64,000 bases of DNA from Gemmatimonas sp. (GCA_031414535.1 JANNVQ010000014.1:224001-288000); one strand, 5' to 3'; counted from the first letter of the stretch, positions 26,456-39,174 are shown. Notes: a model not told the origin generated them from the letters alone. Numbers and translations: made by a program.

Positions 26456-27694
26456 TTACTTATTCGCAGCGTGGAATTCAGCTCTGAGCCGATCCATGAG
26501 AGCGCCACGCTTATCGTATAGCCTCTTAAGCTTCCGCGGCTTCTTCTTGCCCAGCGCATAGCTCGTCAACACCGGCAGCGCGATGGTTGTATCCAGATAG
26601 CACACCACCGCATCCGGCAGCTTGTCTGGGTCAATCTTGCCCCAGCTCACGGCCTCGGCCGGCGTCGCGCCGCTGAGTCCGCCCGTATCCGGACGCGCGT
26701 CTGTCACCTGCAGGAAGTAGTCGTGCCCACGCTCATCAATGCCGAGCACTTCCTGAATCTGCGGTTCGGTCTGCAGCGCGAAGTTCTTCGGTGAGCCGCC
26801 ACCCATGATGCAGATGGCGCTCTCGCCGTTCCGCTTGGCGTTGAGCACAATGCTCGCCGTTTCGTTCACATCTTGGTTGGGATCGATGACACAGGTGCCA
26901 CCTTCGAGCGCAAGCGCCGCCACGTTCATGCCGATGCTCGAGTCACCGGGGCTCGACGTATAAATCGGCACGCCGCAGCGATACGCCGCCGCGAGCAAGG
27001 ACTTCTGCGGAATACCCAGCGCCTTCTCGCGCTCCACTAAGTACTTCCCACAGAGGTAATGGAACTCGGCGCTCGACATCGACTTCTGGAATTCCGGCGC
27101 GCGAATCACCTTGCGGAAAAACGCGTCAGTGGAGAGCAGTACGTCGTAGTCGAAGAACACATCATAGATGCGCACCACGCCTTCTTCGCGCAGCACGGTG
27201 TCCGACGTGGTCGGATCTCCTCGATGCATCGAGAGCCCGAGCCCGAAGTGCGTGTCGTGATAGAGATTCGCACCAGTGGAGATAATCCAGTCCACGAAGC
27301 CCGCTTCGATGAGCGGAATGATGGAGCTCATGCCCAAGCCAGCAGGCGTCAGCGCGCCGGTGAGCGTGAGCCCCACGGTGCACTTGGGCGTCAGCATCTT
27401 GTCGGTAAAGAGCTGGCAGGCTTCGCGCAGGCGACCAGAGTTGTAGCTCTGGAAGCACTGCTCCACGAGCTGCACCACCGTCTCGGTGCCATCAATCTTG
27501 CGCGGAGCAATCTTGCGACCGCGCAGGAATGGGCTCGCCGCCTTGGTCATCACCTTGGCACTCTTGGACTCGCGCTTCTCGGCGGCCCTTTTCTGCTCAG
27601 CTTTGTTGCCGGACGCAGAAGCGCGCTTCGCCTTCCCATCGCCGTGACGCGATGCCTTGAATCCACCGCGCTTGCTCTCTTCAGCCTTCGCCAT
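26456..27694 (-). CDS. Deoxyhypusine-synthase-like protein (probable homospermidine synthase type)
   Basis: [45 protein letters not shown]. Confidence 0.88.
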   Translation of the reverse strand: MAKAEESKRGGFKASRHGDGKAKRASASGNKAEQKRAAEKRESKSAKVMTKAASPFLRGRKIAPRKIDGTETVVQLVEQCFQSYNSGRLREACQLFTDKMLTPKCTVGLTLTGALTPAGLGMSSIIPLIEAGFVDWIISTGANLYHDTHFGLGLSMHRGDPTTSDTVLREEGVVRIYDVFFDYDVLLSTDAFFRKVIRAPEFQKSMSSAEFHYLCGKYLVEREKALGIPQKSLLAAAYRCGVPIYTSSPGDSSIGMNVAALALEGGTCVIDPNQDVNETASIVLNAKRNGESAICIMGGGSPKNFALQTEPQIQEVLGIDERGHDYFLQVTDARPDTGGLSGATPAEAVSWGKIDPDKLPDAVVCYLDTTIALPVLTSYALGKKKPRKLKRLYDKRGALMDRLRAEFHAANK

Positions 27695-28700
27695 TGCTTT
27701 CCCTGGCCCGCTTGTGGGCCGTCTTGAGCTGCAGTTGATACGCCTCTTCCACGACTCTCGCGGCTTCGGCAGGATCGTCGGTCACCACCATCAAATCCAT
27801 ATCACCAATCGAAATCTTTCGCTCGGCCAACACCCGCGACTGAATCCAGCGCACTAGTCCGGCCCAGTAGTGCGTGCCAAACAACACCACGGGGAACTGC
27901 GAAATCTTGCCCGTCTGAATCAGCGTCAGCGCCTCGAACATTTCATCGAAAGTGCCGAAGCCGCCGGGGAAGATGATGAAGGCGCTCGAGTACTTGATGA
28001 ACATCGTCTTGCGCACCGCGAAATAGCGGAAGCTCACCAAGGTATCCACGTAGGGGTTGGCACCTTGTTCAAACGGCAACTCGATATTGCAGCCGTAGCT
28101 TGGTGCCTCGGCGAGGCGCGCGCCCTTGTTGGCCGCTTCCATAATACCGGGCCCAGCGCCCGTGATAATGCTGAACCCCTGCTTGCCGAGCAAACGCGCG
28201 ACCTCCACGGCCGCGAGATACTGCGGATCGTCAGGGTGCGTACGCGCCGAGCCGAAGATGCTCACGCCCTTCTCGATGCCGGCGAGCTTGTCGAAGCCTT
28301 CCACGAACTCCGAGGTAATGCGCATCACGCGCCAAGGGTCGCTTGAGCGAAAATCGTTCTTCGTTCCACCCGACTGCAGCAGGCGAGCGTCTTCCGTGAG
28401 CGACCAAGAGAAGTCACCGATGGCGTCGTCGTTGGCGGAGCGCGGAAGCACTTCGTCCTTCATCTCGGGGAATTTCCCGCTCGCGCGCATTCCCTCCTGT
28501 AGGCGCTCCTGAAGGCCAGCCACGGAATCGTGTTCCGCCGCTTTCATGCTCGCTGCGTCAACCCGCTTGCCCGAAGCGGTACGCGCCGCCGTTGGCTTCT
28601 TGGCAGGCGTGTTGGAGCGCGCCTTTTTGGCGGGCGTGTTGCTCCGCGCCTTCTTGGCGGGGGCTGACTTCTTGATGGGTGCTTTTTTCTTGGCGGCCAT
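27681..28700 (-). CDS. LOG-family (TIGR00730-type) protein with a Lys/Ala-rich N-terminal extension
   Basis: [30 protein letters not shown]. Confidence 0.9.
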   Translation of the reverse strand: MAAKKKAPIKKSAPAKKARSNTPAKKARSNTPAKKPTAARTASGKRVDAASMKAAEHDSVAGLQERLQEGMRASGKFPEMKDEVLPRSANDDAIGDFSWSLTEDARLLQSGGTKNDFRSSDPWRVMRITSEFVEGFDKLAGIEKGVSIFGSARTHPDDPQYLAAVEVARLLGKQGFSIITGAGPGIMEAANKGARLAEAPSYGCNIELPFEQGANPYVDTLVSFRYFAVRKTMFIKYSSAFIIFPGGFGTFDEMFEALTLIQTGKISQFPVVLFGTHYWAGLVRWIQSRVLAERKISIGDMDLMVVTDDPAEAARVVEEAYQLQLKTAHKRARESNGEG

Positions 28701-28725
28701 GGCTCCGTGAAGTTTACGTTGAAGC

Positions 28726-30129
28726 GTGACCCTCGTCATCCTCGTCGCGGACGGAGCCCGCCCTGATACCTTATTCGGGGCAATGGACGCCGGACAGCTC
28801 CCAGCCCTTTCTGCACTACGGGCCAGCGGGATGTCTACGACGCTGAGCAGCGTGTTTCCCTCCGTGACGGGCTCGGCGTACACGCCATTCTTGACCGGTT
28901 TGCACCCCGGCCGAGCGGGCCTGCCGGGCCTCAGATGGTACGACCGTGACCGTAGCGCCACACTTTGGCCGGCCAACGCGCGCAGCTACGTGGGCCTAGG
29001 CGGAATGCGCGCGGATAAAGATCTGAGCCGCGACTTCCGCACCCTGTTTGAGATTGAGCCGCGCTCTATTGGCGGCTTCACCTACGTCGGCCGCGGACTC
29101 AGCACGGCCAGACGCATCGGCACGGGCTGGGGGTTCGGCGCACGGCTCGCCTGGACGCACTTTCGTGGTGATGTCGACGGCTGGATGCGCTTTGATCGTT
29201 GGCTGGGCGAGGAGTTCGTCCGTCGCATCGTGGCGCAGAATCCTCGTGTGGCATTTCTCGCGCACCCGGGCATAGACAAGCTCTCGCATCAGTTTGGCCA
29301 GGATTCCCCGCGCATTCTCTCGGCGATGCAAACGGTGGATCACACGGTCTCGCTGCTGCACGAGGCCTTCGCCAAACAGGGCCGCAGCAATGAACTCGAG
29401 ATTTGGATCGTGAGCGACCACGGCCATGCCGATGTCTCCCAGCATGAAGATCTCGCAGGACGCATCGCCGGTTGGGGCCACAGCGTGCGTGCGCACCCAT
29501 GGGTGATTGGCGGGAGCGACGTCGCCGTGATGGTGAGCGGTAATGCGATGGCGCACTTGTACCTCGAGCTCAATCGTAAGCGCCGCCCCATTTGGCCTGC
29601 TTTGCGTGATCGCTGGCAGTCGCTATTGAATCGCTTGCTTGAGTTGCCCGCCGTGGATCTTGCCATAATTCCGATGGCTGATGGCCACACGGCCGTGCAC
29701 TCACGAGAGCGCGGCAGCGCAGAGATCTTCACGGCTGGTGATGGCAGCTACTCGTACCGTCGTAGCAATGGAGATCCGCTCGGCCTCGGCGAGGATCTTC
29801 TAGGCTTGAACGCCACCGCCGCTTGGGAGCGCACGCAGGCGGGTGAGTATCCGGATGCACTGGTGCAACTCTCCGCCATCGCTGCCGCCCCACGCGCCGG
29901 CGACATCATCATCTCGGCTGCAGCAGGCTGGGACCTGCGCTCACGTTGGGAGCCAATCAATCACGTCTCGGGCCACGGGGCCTTGCTGCGTGGGCAGATG
30001 CTGGTGCCGTTTATCGCATCGAAGCCACTGCGCGAGACGCCGCTGCGCACGACGGACATTTTTCCGACCGCGCTGCAGCGGCTCGGACTAGCTCTGCCGC
30101 GCGGACTCGACGGGGTGGGACGCGCGTAG
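28726..30129 (+). CDS. Alkaline-phosphatase superfamily / nucleotide pyrophosphatase-phosphodiesterase
   Basis: ADG, FPSVT, DKLSH, SDHGH, GHG motifs. Confidence 0.85.
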   Translation: MTLVILVADGARPDTLFGAMDAGQLPALSALRASGMSTTLSSVFPSVTGSAYTPFLTGLHPGRAGLPGLRWYDRDRSATLWPANARSYVGLGGMRADKDLSRDFRTLFEIEPRSIGGFTYVGRGLSTARRIGTGWGFGARLAWTHFRGDVDGWMRFDRWLGEEFVRRIVAQNPRVAFLAHPGIDKLSHQFGQDSPRILSAMQTVDHTVSLLHEAFAKQGRSNELEIWIVSDHGHADVSQHEDLAGRIAGWGHSVRAHPWVIGGSDVAVMVSGNAMAHLYLELNRKRRPIWPALRDRWQSLLNRLLELPAVDLAIIPMADGHTAVHSRERGSAEIFTAGDGSYSYRRSNGDPLGLGEDLLGLNATAAWERTQAGEYPDALVQLSAIAAAPRAGDIIISAAAGWDLRSRWEPINHVSGHGALLRGQMLVPFIASKPLRETPLRTTDIFPTALQRLGLALPRGLDGVGRA

Positions 30130-30161
30130 CATCAGCAACGAAGGAAGTTGCAGATCTCTTG

Positions 30162-32795
30162 TCATCGCGGCGACTTGGCTTTCAGTTCGGCCGCGAAGTT
30201 TTGCACCAGCACCAGTTCGTCGGCATTTTCACCCGGCGCGCTCCCCACATACCGCACAAGGAGGAAGCGGCGAGCATCCGGGCTCACATCAAAGAGAAAC
30301 ACGGATACTGGTAGACCCGTGACCGAGAACAGCGGCTTCGGAATCCCCGAGCGGAACGCGGCGCCGGTGCTCACATCGGCCACGTACAGCGAGTCCGGAG
30401 TGACGAAGAAGAGCTCTCGACCCGAGCGGGACCAGAGGGGAGCATATCCCACCCTCACGGAGACTTGCCGCTTCGCTGTGGCGGTCTCGGGGAAAGGTCG
30501 GACAATCACGTGCCAGCTGCCCGTCTCGTCGGAGGAGTACGCGAGCCACTTCCCATCGGGCGAAAGCGCCGGAAGTGTCTGTTGGCCGGCATCATTCACA
30601 ATCCGCCGCGGCAGGGAGTCCTCCCCGGGTCGGATGGCCCAGATGTCGCCCCGTTTCGCGTACACAATCCATCGGCCATCGGAGGAGATGGTCGGTGCGA
30701 AGGCTTCTTCTTCGCCGACAATCTCGGTGGCAGGCGTGCTGCCGTCGGCAGGAACTTGAAATAATGATCTTCCGGTGGAGAAGGCGATGCGCCGTCCGTC
30801 CGGGTACCAGGTCGGAAAAGCACCCAGGTCTGAGACACGAGACGCGGGACCAGCGTCCAGCTGCTTCACCCACACCTGCCGCGCACCAACGGTACCGATG
30901 GCAACGGCCACTGAGCCGCCGTCCGGCGAGATTTGCGGGCGGCCCGCGAGGGACGCCGAGTACGATGGATCAACAGCCGTCTTTCCTCCCGTTCGGTCAA
31001 TCCAGATTAACTCGCGTGCCCCCGACGCGGTTGCGCCGGCCGTGTACAAGGCGGAGCCGCTCCGCGAGATGACGAGGTCCACGCGCTGGTTCCCTCGCAC
31101 GAGCAGCCCCTCGGCCATCGGCACGGCCTCGCCCTTGAGTTCGAGCTTCTCGAGGTCCATTGGCGTGGCGAAGAGGGTGCCATCGTCAGTGACCACGAGC
31201 AGATGGCCACTTGGCGAATAACGCCCCACGAATCCGCGCGCCAACACACGTTTGGTTCCCGTCCGCGCGTCCATCACGCCGATGTCCGATTCCGAACCCG
31301 AACGCCGAATCGTGAAGAGAAACCCGCGGCCATCTGGGAGCGCCGAAGGAAGAAAGTGGTAGCTCTCCCCGGAGTCGGGGCGGGACGCAATCTCCGGAGG
31401 CGCTCCCCCGTTCTCTCGGATGCGGGCCACGCCGTCGCCCTCAAGCTTCCCGTCATAGTAGATGTAGCCGTCGTCGCCCCACGCGAGTCCGCCCAGATCA
31501 ACCAGCGAGTCGGTCAAGGTCACTGCGGGGCCACCAGCCACCGGCATCACCTTTACTGCACGAGGTTCGCGGATTGTGATGAAGGCGATGCGCTTGCCGT
31601 CGGGGGAGAATGACGGGTTGATGGCCCCCTCGCTCCCCGACAGCACACGCGGGCGTAGTTCGTCGAGCGATCGCACCAGCAGTTGCGTTGTGGGGGCATT
31701 TCCCGTGACGTAGGCGATGGTGCGGCCATCCGGGGAGATGGCCACCAGCGTCCCGTTCGCTGTGGAGAGCCCCTGACTGTCGGGAAGGAAGAGACTGTGT
31801 CGCGAGACCTCGGGTGCCGGCTCGGGGCGAAACCAGCCGGCCAGCGCGGCAACCGATGCCACTGCTGCTACCGCCAGCGCCACGTAGTAACGGCGCCGCA
31901 AACCCTGAGTGCCCACGCCAGAAGTACCGGCGGCGAATCCGATGCCATGCGTAGTAGCAAACGCCGGATTGCGCAGCGCGTCGCGGAACTCCGCCGCACT
32001 CGCAAAGCGGTCGGCCGGCAACTTCTCCAATGCCGTGGCCAGCGCCGCCGCCACGTGCGGTGGCACGGTCTTCCGGAACTGCGTCACCATCGCCACCGGT
32101 TCGGCGATGATCTTCATAATGATTTGCTGCGCGCTACCGCCGAGGTGCGGGGGCTGGCCGGCGAGCATCTCGTAGAGCACGCTCGCGATGCTGTACACAT
32201 CGGAGCGCGCGGTAATCTCCTTCTCGGCTGTCGCCTGCTCGGGGCTCATGTAGTGCGGCGTGCCGAGCGAAAGCCCCGTCTCCGTCATGCGCCCGCCTGC
32301 GGCCGCCGACACCGCGAGCGCGATGCCGAAGTCGGCCACCATCGGCCGCCCATCGTGCAGCAGAATATTCTCGGGCTTGATGTCGCGGTGAATCACGCCG
32401 TGGCGATGCGCGTAGTCGAGCGCGTCGGCAACTTCGGTGGCGATCTGGATGGACTCTTCGATGCCAAACTGCGTTTCGCGGTTCAGCTTGTCACGGATCG
32501 TCTCGCCCTGGATGTAGGGCATCACGTAGTAGAGGAATCCGCCGGCCTGACCCGAATCGAAGAGTGGCAGGATGTGCGGATGGCTCAGGGCCGCCGTCGT
32601 CTTGATCTCTTGCACGAAGCGCTCGGCGCCGAGGACGGCGGCCAGTTCCGGCTTCAATACTTTGATGGCGACGTGGCGATCGTGCTTGAGGTCTTCGGCG
32701 AGATAGACCGTGGCCATACCGCCGACGCCGAGTTGGCGCTCGATTCGATAACGATCGGCGAGGGCTGCAGCGAGCGCCTCAGGAGCGGGAATCAT
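30162..32795 (-). CDS. Hanks-type Ser/Thr protein kinase with TM segment and TolB/PD40-like beta-propeller
   Basis: GVGGMATV, AIK, HRDIKPEN, DFG, YMSPE, then SPDG repeats. Confidence 0.95.
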   Translation of the reverse strand: MIPAPEALAAALADRYRIERQLGVGGMATVYLAEDLKHDRHVAIKVLKPELAAVLGAERFVQEIKTTAALSHPHILPLFDSGQAGGFLYYVMPYIQGETIRDKLNRETQFGIEESIQIATEVADALDYAHRHGVIHRDIKPENILLHDGRPMVADFGIALAVSAAAGGRMTETGLSLGTPHYMSPEQATAEKEITARSDVYSIASVLYEMLAGQPPHLGGSAQQIIMKIIAEPVAMVTQFRKTVPPHVAAALATALEKLPADRFASAAEFRDALRNPAFATTHGIGFAAGTSGVGTQGLRRRYYVALAVAAVASVAALAGWFRPEPAPEVSRHSLFLPDSQGLSTANGTLVAISPDGRTIAYVTGNAPTTQLLVRSLDELRPRVLSGSEGAINPSFSPDGKRIAFITIREPRAVKVMPVAGGPAVTLTDSLVDLGGLAWGDDGYIYYDGKLEGDGVARIRENGGAPPEIASRPDSGESYHFLPSALPDGRGFLFTIRRSGSESDIGVMDARTGTKRVLARGFVGRYSPSGHLLVVTDDGTLFATPMDLEKLELKGEAVPMAEGLLVRGNQRVDLVISRSGSALYTAGATASGARELIWIDRTGGKTAVDPSYSASLAGRPQISPDGGSVAVAIGTVGARQVWVKQLDAGPASRVSDLGAFPTWYPDGRRIAFSTGRSLFQVPADGSTPATEIVGEEEAFAPTISSDGRWIVYAKRGDIWAIRPGEDSLPRRIVNDAGQQTLPALSPDGKWLAYSSDETGSWHVIVRPFPETATAKRQVSVRVGYAPLWSRSGRELFFVTPDSLYVADVSTGAAFRSGIPKPLFSVTGLPVSVFLFDVSPDARRFLLVRYVGSAPGENADELVLVQNFAAELKAKSPR

Positions 32796-32843
32796 CGGGG
32801 AGAATGTCCGCCTTTCGCTTGATCGCCACAAGGGGCAGTGGCT

Positions 32844-34166
32844 CTACGACGGCGTCACCACCGTGCGCGCGAGCAGTACACGAAGCTTCTCGGCGAGCTC
32901 ACGCTGTCGCACCCGCATCGGTTCCAGTCGGTCTGCCACGAATCGCCGCAGGGCATAGCGGCGAACAGCAGTCCACATGGCCTGACGGCGCTCGCCCACC
33001 GCAAGCGCAGCAAAGGCCCACAGCGGCTGTAGCAAGAGCGAGAGCAGCCCCGCTTTCCAATCGAACACCAGCGCCACGATTACTGATGTGAGAGCAATCC
33101 AGAGCGGGAAAGCCACAGCCCCCACCAGCACGCGATGCGTGACAATGGTGTCGTCACCCTCGAGCTTGGCCGTGTGCGCGGCTGCTCGCACGGTGATCAG
33201 CTTCGGGGGCCAGAAGAAGACTGCGCCCAAAAAGGAAATTGGCAGCAAGGGCAGCAGCGGCAACTTCCGCAGCGTCCAGCGCAATGCTTCGCCGGCCGAC
33301 ACCGTGACCTTCAGCGAGCCCGGTTCCAGACCCAGCTTCGCGAGCGCACGCCCGTGCGCCCGGATTTCAGCGGCGGTCTCCCGCCATTCCGTGGAACCGC
33401 CCTCGCGTAAAGCCTGCAGCGCTTCGATCGTGACGCGCAGCCGCTCAACCTCTGCCGCAGCCGTCTGTTCCGCGCCGAACTCCGCCCTCCACACCTGCTC
33501 GGCCATCCGCACGAGCGGCTCGTCTTCCCACTGCGCCAGATTCACCGACACGGCACGCATTGCCACTTGAATGCGCTCCGTGAGCTCGCGCACACCGCCG
33601 CGGTTGTTGATGTCTCCCACCAAGTCGTTCCAACGGAACGACTCTCCGATGATGACGTGCGCTTCGGAGCGGAACTCATCGCGATCGCGGAACACAAGAC
33701 CCATCGCCACGATTGGAAAATCCGTCCCCAACTGCTGCGCCGCACCCAGCGCGATACGCGCAGCACCGGTCTTCAAGGGCGCGAGCCGCGACATCGAATG
33801 CGAGATGCCTTCCGGGAAGATGCCCACCACGTCGCCCTCGGCGAGCACTTTGTGCACGTCACGGAAGGAGTCGAGGTTCTGCGAAATCTTGGTCGGGTCA
33901 TCCTGCTGCCGGTAGACCGGTACCGAGCCCACGCCCGTGATGAGCCAGCCAATGAGCGGATGCGTGAACAGTGGCGACTTAGCCATGAAGCGCACGTTTC
34001 GCCCCGCCATCGCCGCCACAAGCGCCGGATCAATCAGCGAGTTGTTGTGATTGGCCACCACCAGTACCGGCCCGCTCACAGGGAGCCGCGCGCCCGCCAC
34101 CGTCACTCGGTAGTACGAGCGGACGGCAAGTTCTGAGATGAGGGGCATTGCCCGATAGAGCCACAT
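32844..34166 (-). CDS. PlsC-family lysophospholipid acyltransferase
   Basis: NHNNSLID, AKSPLF, FPEG; C-terminal TM helices. Confidence 0.88.
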   Translation of the reverse strand: MWLYRAMPLISELAVRSYYRVTVAGARLPVSGPVLVVANHNNSLIDPALVAAMAGRNVRFMAKSPLFTHPLIGWLITGVGSVPVYRQQDDPTKISQNLDSFRDVHKVLAEGDVVGIFPEGISHSMSRLAPLKTGAARIALGAAQQLGTDFPIVAMGLVFRDRDEFRSEAHVIIGESFRWNDLVGDINNRGGVRELTERIQVAMRAVSVNLAQWEDEPLVRMAEQVWRAEFGAEQTAAAEVERLRVTIEALQALREGGSTEWRETAAEIRAHGRALAKLGLEPGSLKVTVSAGEALRWTLRKLPLLPLLPISFLGAVFFWPPKLITVRAAAHTAKLEGDDTIVTHRVLVGAVAFPLWIALTSVIVALVFDWKAGLLSLLLQPLWAFAALAVGERRQAMWTAVRRYALRRFVADRLEPMRVRQRELAEKLRVLLARTVVTPS

Positions 34167-34237
34167 CGAGCGGGAATGTATGGCCTCGCGGGCGGCGGCG
34201 GCACCGCCGCAGCAGAGGGAGCACTAGATTCCGACCT

Positions 34238-34315
34238 ATGGACAGCGCCGCTCACTGGGAAAGGGTGTATCGCACGCAGGCCTTCACGTTCTTGATCAGA
34301 CGCAAGGAGTCTTAA
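34238..34315 (+). pseudogene. 25-codon remnant, probably an internally deleted SAM-dependent methyltransferase
   Basis: MDSAAHWERVYRT|QAFTFLIRRKES joins the typical N-terminal HWExVY motif to a C-terminal QxFxxxxxR-like motif. Confidence 0.45.
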
Positions 34316-34318
34316 CGC

Positions 34319-34561
34319 GTGCTCTCGCTCGTCTTTGCCTTGCTGCCCCGCGCACTCGTGAGTCCCTCAACAGCTCGCGCGCTGCTCATCGTGGGTTGGC
34401 GCTTTCGTCGCAACCACTGGTACGCACGCTTCCCCTTCCTGCCCATCCCCGCGCGCGACTACGTGCGCTGGCGCATGTACACGGCCTACGGCGACCACGA
34501 CGCCATACCTCCCGTTGACGACGTGATCCGCTACGCGCGCTGGGCCGCGCGCTACCCCTAA
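34319..34561 (+). CDS. Small hypothetical protein
   Basis: 80-aa ORF with normal codon usage (PFLP...WRMYTAYG), upstream of queG. Confidence 0.7.
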   Translation: MLSLVFALLPRALVSPSTARALLIVGWRFRRNHWYARFPFLPIPARDYVRWRMYTAYGDHDAIPPVDDVIRYARWAARYP

Positions 34562-34579
34562 CGCGCTCGGCGCGGCAGC

Positions 34580-35518
34580 GTGTTGGCCTCCTTTGAATCA
34601 AAACTCAAAGCCCAAGCCCTCGGGCTTGGCTTTGACTTGTGTGGCATCACGACGCTCGGGCCCGCAGAAACGGCCGGCGCATTCGACGATTGGCTCGCGC
34701 AGGATTTTAACGGCGAGATGCACTACCTCCGCCGCGGTGCCGAGTTGCGCGCCGACACCACGCGTCCCGAACCGGGCATGCTCTCTGCGCTCGTCGTGGC
34801 ACTCGACTACGGGGGCAAGCAAGCCGATGGCCCCGTGGCGCGCTACGCCCGAGGCGAGGACTACCATCGCGTGATGTGGGATCGGCTTGAGGAGCTACTC
34901 GCTTGGGCGCGCACCGAGCGCGGTGCGGATCTGCGTGGGCGCGCCTACGTGGACACCGGCCCAATCCTCGAGCGTGATTTGGCACGCAAAGCCGGACTCG
35001 GCTGGTTCGGCAAGAACACCATGCTCATCAATCCGCAGCGCGGCTCGTTCTTCTTCCTCGGCGCCTTGTTTTTGGATTGCCTGCTCGAGCCCGATGCGCC
35101 CTTCGCCGAAGAGCACTGCGGCAGTTGCACCCGCTGCTTGGATGCCTGCCCCACTGGAGCCTTCGTAGCGCCCGGCGTGATGGACGCGCGGCGATGCATC
35201 TCGTATCTCACGATCGAATCGCGAAGTGAGATTCCCGCTGAGTTTCATAGGGCGATTGGCGAGCACGTGTATGGATGCGATATCTGCCAAGATGTGTGCC
35301 CTTGGAACGTGAAGTTCGCGCGGGAGGAGGGTGACGCGGCACTGGCCGCTCGCGCTCCAATCGCGGGTCGTGATGCGGCCGCACTCGCCGACTGGCTACT
35401 GGAGATTGACGAACCATCGTACAGAGACGCCTTTCGCGGATCTGCAATGAAGCGCGCCAAGCTCGAAGGCTTGAAGCGGAATGCGGCAATTGTGAAGGGT
35501 AATCTCGCGCGGGACTGA
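34580..35518 (+). CDS. queG: Epoxyqueuosine reductase
   Basis: ARYARGEDYH, VDTGPILER, GKN, CGSCTRCLDACP, CISY, GCDICQDVCPWN. Confidence 0.96.
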   Translation: MLASFESKLKAQALGLGFDLCGITTLGPAETAGAFDDWLAQDFNGEMHYLRRGAELRADTTRPEPGMLSALVVALDYGGKQADGPVARYARGEDYHRVMWDRLEELLAWARTERGADLRGRAYVDTGPILERDLARKAGLGWFGKNTMLINPQRGSFFFLGALFLDCLLEPDAPFAEEHCGSCTRCLDACPTGAFVAPGVMDARRCISYLTIESRSEIPAEFHRAIGEHVYGCDICQDVCPWNVKFAREEGDAALAARAPIAGRDAAALADWLLEIDEPSYRDAFRGSAMKRAKLEGLKRNAAIVKGNLARD

Positions 35519-35541
35519 AGCTCCGGCCCCGCAGGCTTCAG

Positions 35542-36376
35542 TTAACTCGCATCCTCTCGCACCCAGCGCTTCAGCACACTCCAGTACCGCACCGGCATCA
35601 ACCGCGTGAGGATAGAAAGCGCCACAGCGTCCCATCCCACGAGCACACGCAACTTCCGTCTCTCGACGCCTCGCACGATGATCTCGCCCGCTTTCTCCGG
35701 CGGCATCCGAAGACGCTTGCGCGAGAACTCCAGCTTGCGCTTCCGCTCAACTTCGTCCACGGCATCGGGCATCCGCGCATCGTTCGCGATGTTCGTCGCC
35801 ACGCCACCAGGATGCACCACCGTGACGCCCACCGTGCTGCCTTCGAGCTCCCAGCGCAGCGCTTCGGAAAACCCGCGCACCGCAAACTTGCTCGCCGAGT
35901 AGGCCACGTTGCCCGCCGGCGCGACGATGCCGAATACGCTGGAGATGTTCACCAGCCGCGCATCATCGCTCTTGTGCAACAAGGGCAGAAACGCGCGCGT
36001 CATCCACACCACGCCCCAGAAGTTGATGCCCATGAGCCACGCCACATCGTCGTCGCTGACTTGCTCGTAGGTGCCCGCGAGGCCAACGCCCGCATTGTTG
36101 AAGAGCAGGTCTACCCCAGAATGCTTGGCCAGCACCAAGCTCGGAAACTCCAGCACCGCGGTACGGTTCGACACATCCAGTTGGTGCGCGCTCACGCGCA
36201 AACCTTCACGCCCCGGCGCGCGCTTGATGTCGCGCGCCGTCGTCTCCGCGCGCGCGTGGTCAATGTCCGCTAAGGCCAGATGACAACCCCGCGCCGCAAG
36301 CGCCAGCGCCGTTGCCCTTCCGATGCCCGAGCCCGCACCCGTAATGACCGCCGTGCGGCCAGCCAAACGCATTGAC

Positions 36377-36384
<8 letters not shown>
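35542..36384 (-). CDS. Short-chain dehydrogenase/reductase
   Basis: TGAGSGIG, NNAG, YSASK. Confidence 0.95.
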
Positions 36385-37855
<1,471 letters not shown>

Positions 37856-37937
37856 GCGTGGAGTGTAGTGCGCCCCGCACGGGGTCGCCAACCCAGACGA
37901 ACGGAACTGTCGGTGCAGCGCAGGGCTTTGTTTTGCT

Positions 37938-38633
37938 ATGACCGCACCTAAGAAGATGCTCATCGAGGTCTGGAGCGATATCGCCTGTCCCTTCTGCTAT
38001 ATCGGCAAGCGCCGCTTGAACGCCGCACTTGATGGGTTTGCCAACCGTGAGGACATCGAAGTGCTCTGGCGTAGCTTTCAGCTACAGCCGGGACTCGTCA
38101 CCAATCCTTCCATCAGCATCGCCGAGTATCTCGCGAGCAGCAAGCGCCTGCACCCCGATCAAGTCGCGCAGATGAATCAGCGCGTGCAGCAGATGGGTGC
38201 GGCCGACGGCATCGCCTTTGACTTCGCAAAGGTGGTGGTGGCCAACACCTTCAACGCGCATCGTCTGCTGCAGTTTGCTCAGGCCCAAAGCCTCGGCGAT
38301 GCAATGAAAGAGCGCCTCTTGCAGGCGAACTTTACGGAAGGCGCAAATGTGGATGATGCCGCGACGCTGCAGACGCTCGGCGAAGAAGCAGGGCTGAACG
38401 CAGAGGCTGTGCGCGAGCTCCTAGCCGACGACGGCTACGCCGATGAAGTGCGCCGCGATATGGCGGAGGCACGCGAGTTGCAAATCAGCGGAGTGCCCTT
38501 CTTTTTGTTGGATCGTGCCTACGCCATCTCAGGCGCGCAGGAAGGCGCCTTGTTTGCTCAAGCCATCGAGCGCGCACACAGTGAGTGGCGCGCGACAATG
38601 ACTGCGAGCGCTACGCCTCTCGCAGAGTCTTAA
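37938..38633 (+). CDS. DsbA/FrnE-family oxidoreductase
   Basis: SDIACPFCYIGKRRL, GVPFF, SGAQ. Confidence 0.93.
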   Translation: MTAPKKMLIEVWSDIACPFCYIGKRRLNAALDGFANREDIEVLWRSFQLQPGLVTNPSISIAEYLASSKRLHPDQVAQMNQRVQQMGAADGIAFDFAKVVVANTFNAHRLLQFAQAQSLGDAMKERLLQANFTEGANVDDAATLQTLGEEAGLNAEAVRELLADDGYADEVRRDMAEARELQISGVPFFLLDRAYAISGAQEGALFAQAIERAHSEWRATMTASATPLAES

Positions 38634-39174
38634 GCGCGGACTCCCAGCGGGCCAAGTGGCCCACGAGCGCTGTAGCGGCCTTGTCCTGAATCTCGCCCGG
38701 TACAAAGCGCTCGCCGTCCACGAGCTTGCCAGCCAATGGAATGGACACCGCTTGGGGCAAGGGCATCATGCTCAAAGCTGTGGTGTAGATGCGCAGCTGA
38801 TTCGCCGCACGCAGACCCGCCGAAACGCCGCCGTAGGAAAGCAAGCCAACCGGCTTGTACGCCCACTCCTTATGCAGGTACTGCAGCGCGTTCACGAGCG
38901 ATGCTGGTGGCCCAAAGTCATACTCCGGCGTCACAAACACAAACGCATCGGCGCGAGTAACGATGGCACTCCAGCGCTTGGTATGCTCGTGCTCGTACTT
39001 CTGCATGCTCGGGTGCGCCGGCTCGTCCATCATGGGGAGGTTCAGTTCCTTCAGGTCCACGCGCTCCACGGCAAAGCCACCCTGGGCCTCGGCGAGCGGA
39101 ATGAACCAATCGGCAATCTTCGCGCCAATGCGCGAGGGACGGACGGACGCGATGATGACTTGGAGTGTGGGCAT
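38611..39174 (-). CDS. NADPH-dependent FMN reductase
   Basis: SVRPSRIG, TPEY, WAYKP, SYGG. Confidence 0.92.
   Translation of the reverse strand: MPTLQVIIASVRPSRIGAKIADWFIPLAEAQGGFAVERVDLKELNLPMMDEPAHPSMQKYEHEHTKRWSAIVTRADAFVFVTPEYDFGPPASLVNALQYLHKEWAYKPVGLLSYGGVSAGLRAANQLRIYTTALSMMPLPQAVSIPLAGKLVDGERFVPGEIQDKAATALVGHLARWESALKTLREA

Noticed and set aside
35514..35542. Hairpin between queG and the SDR gene
   Set aside because: 8-bp stem with a 13-nt loop and no U-tract; too weak to call a terminator.
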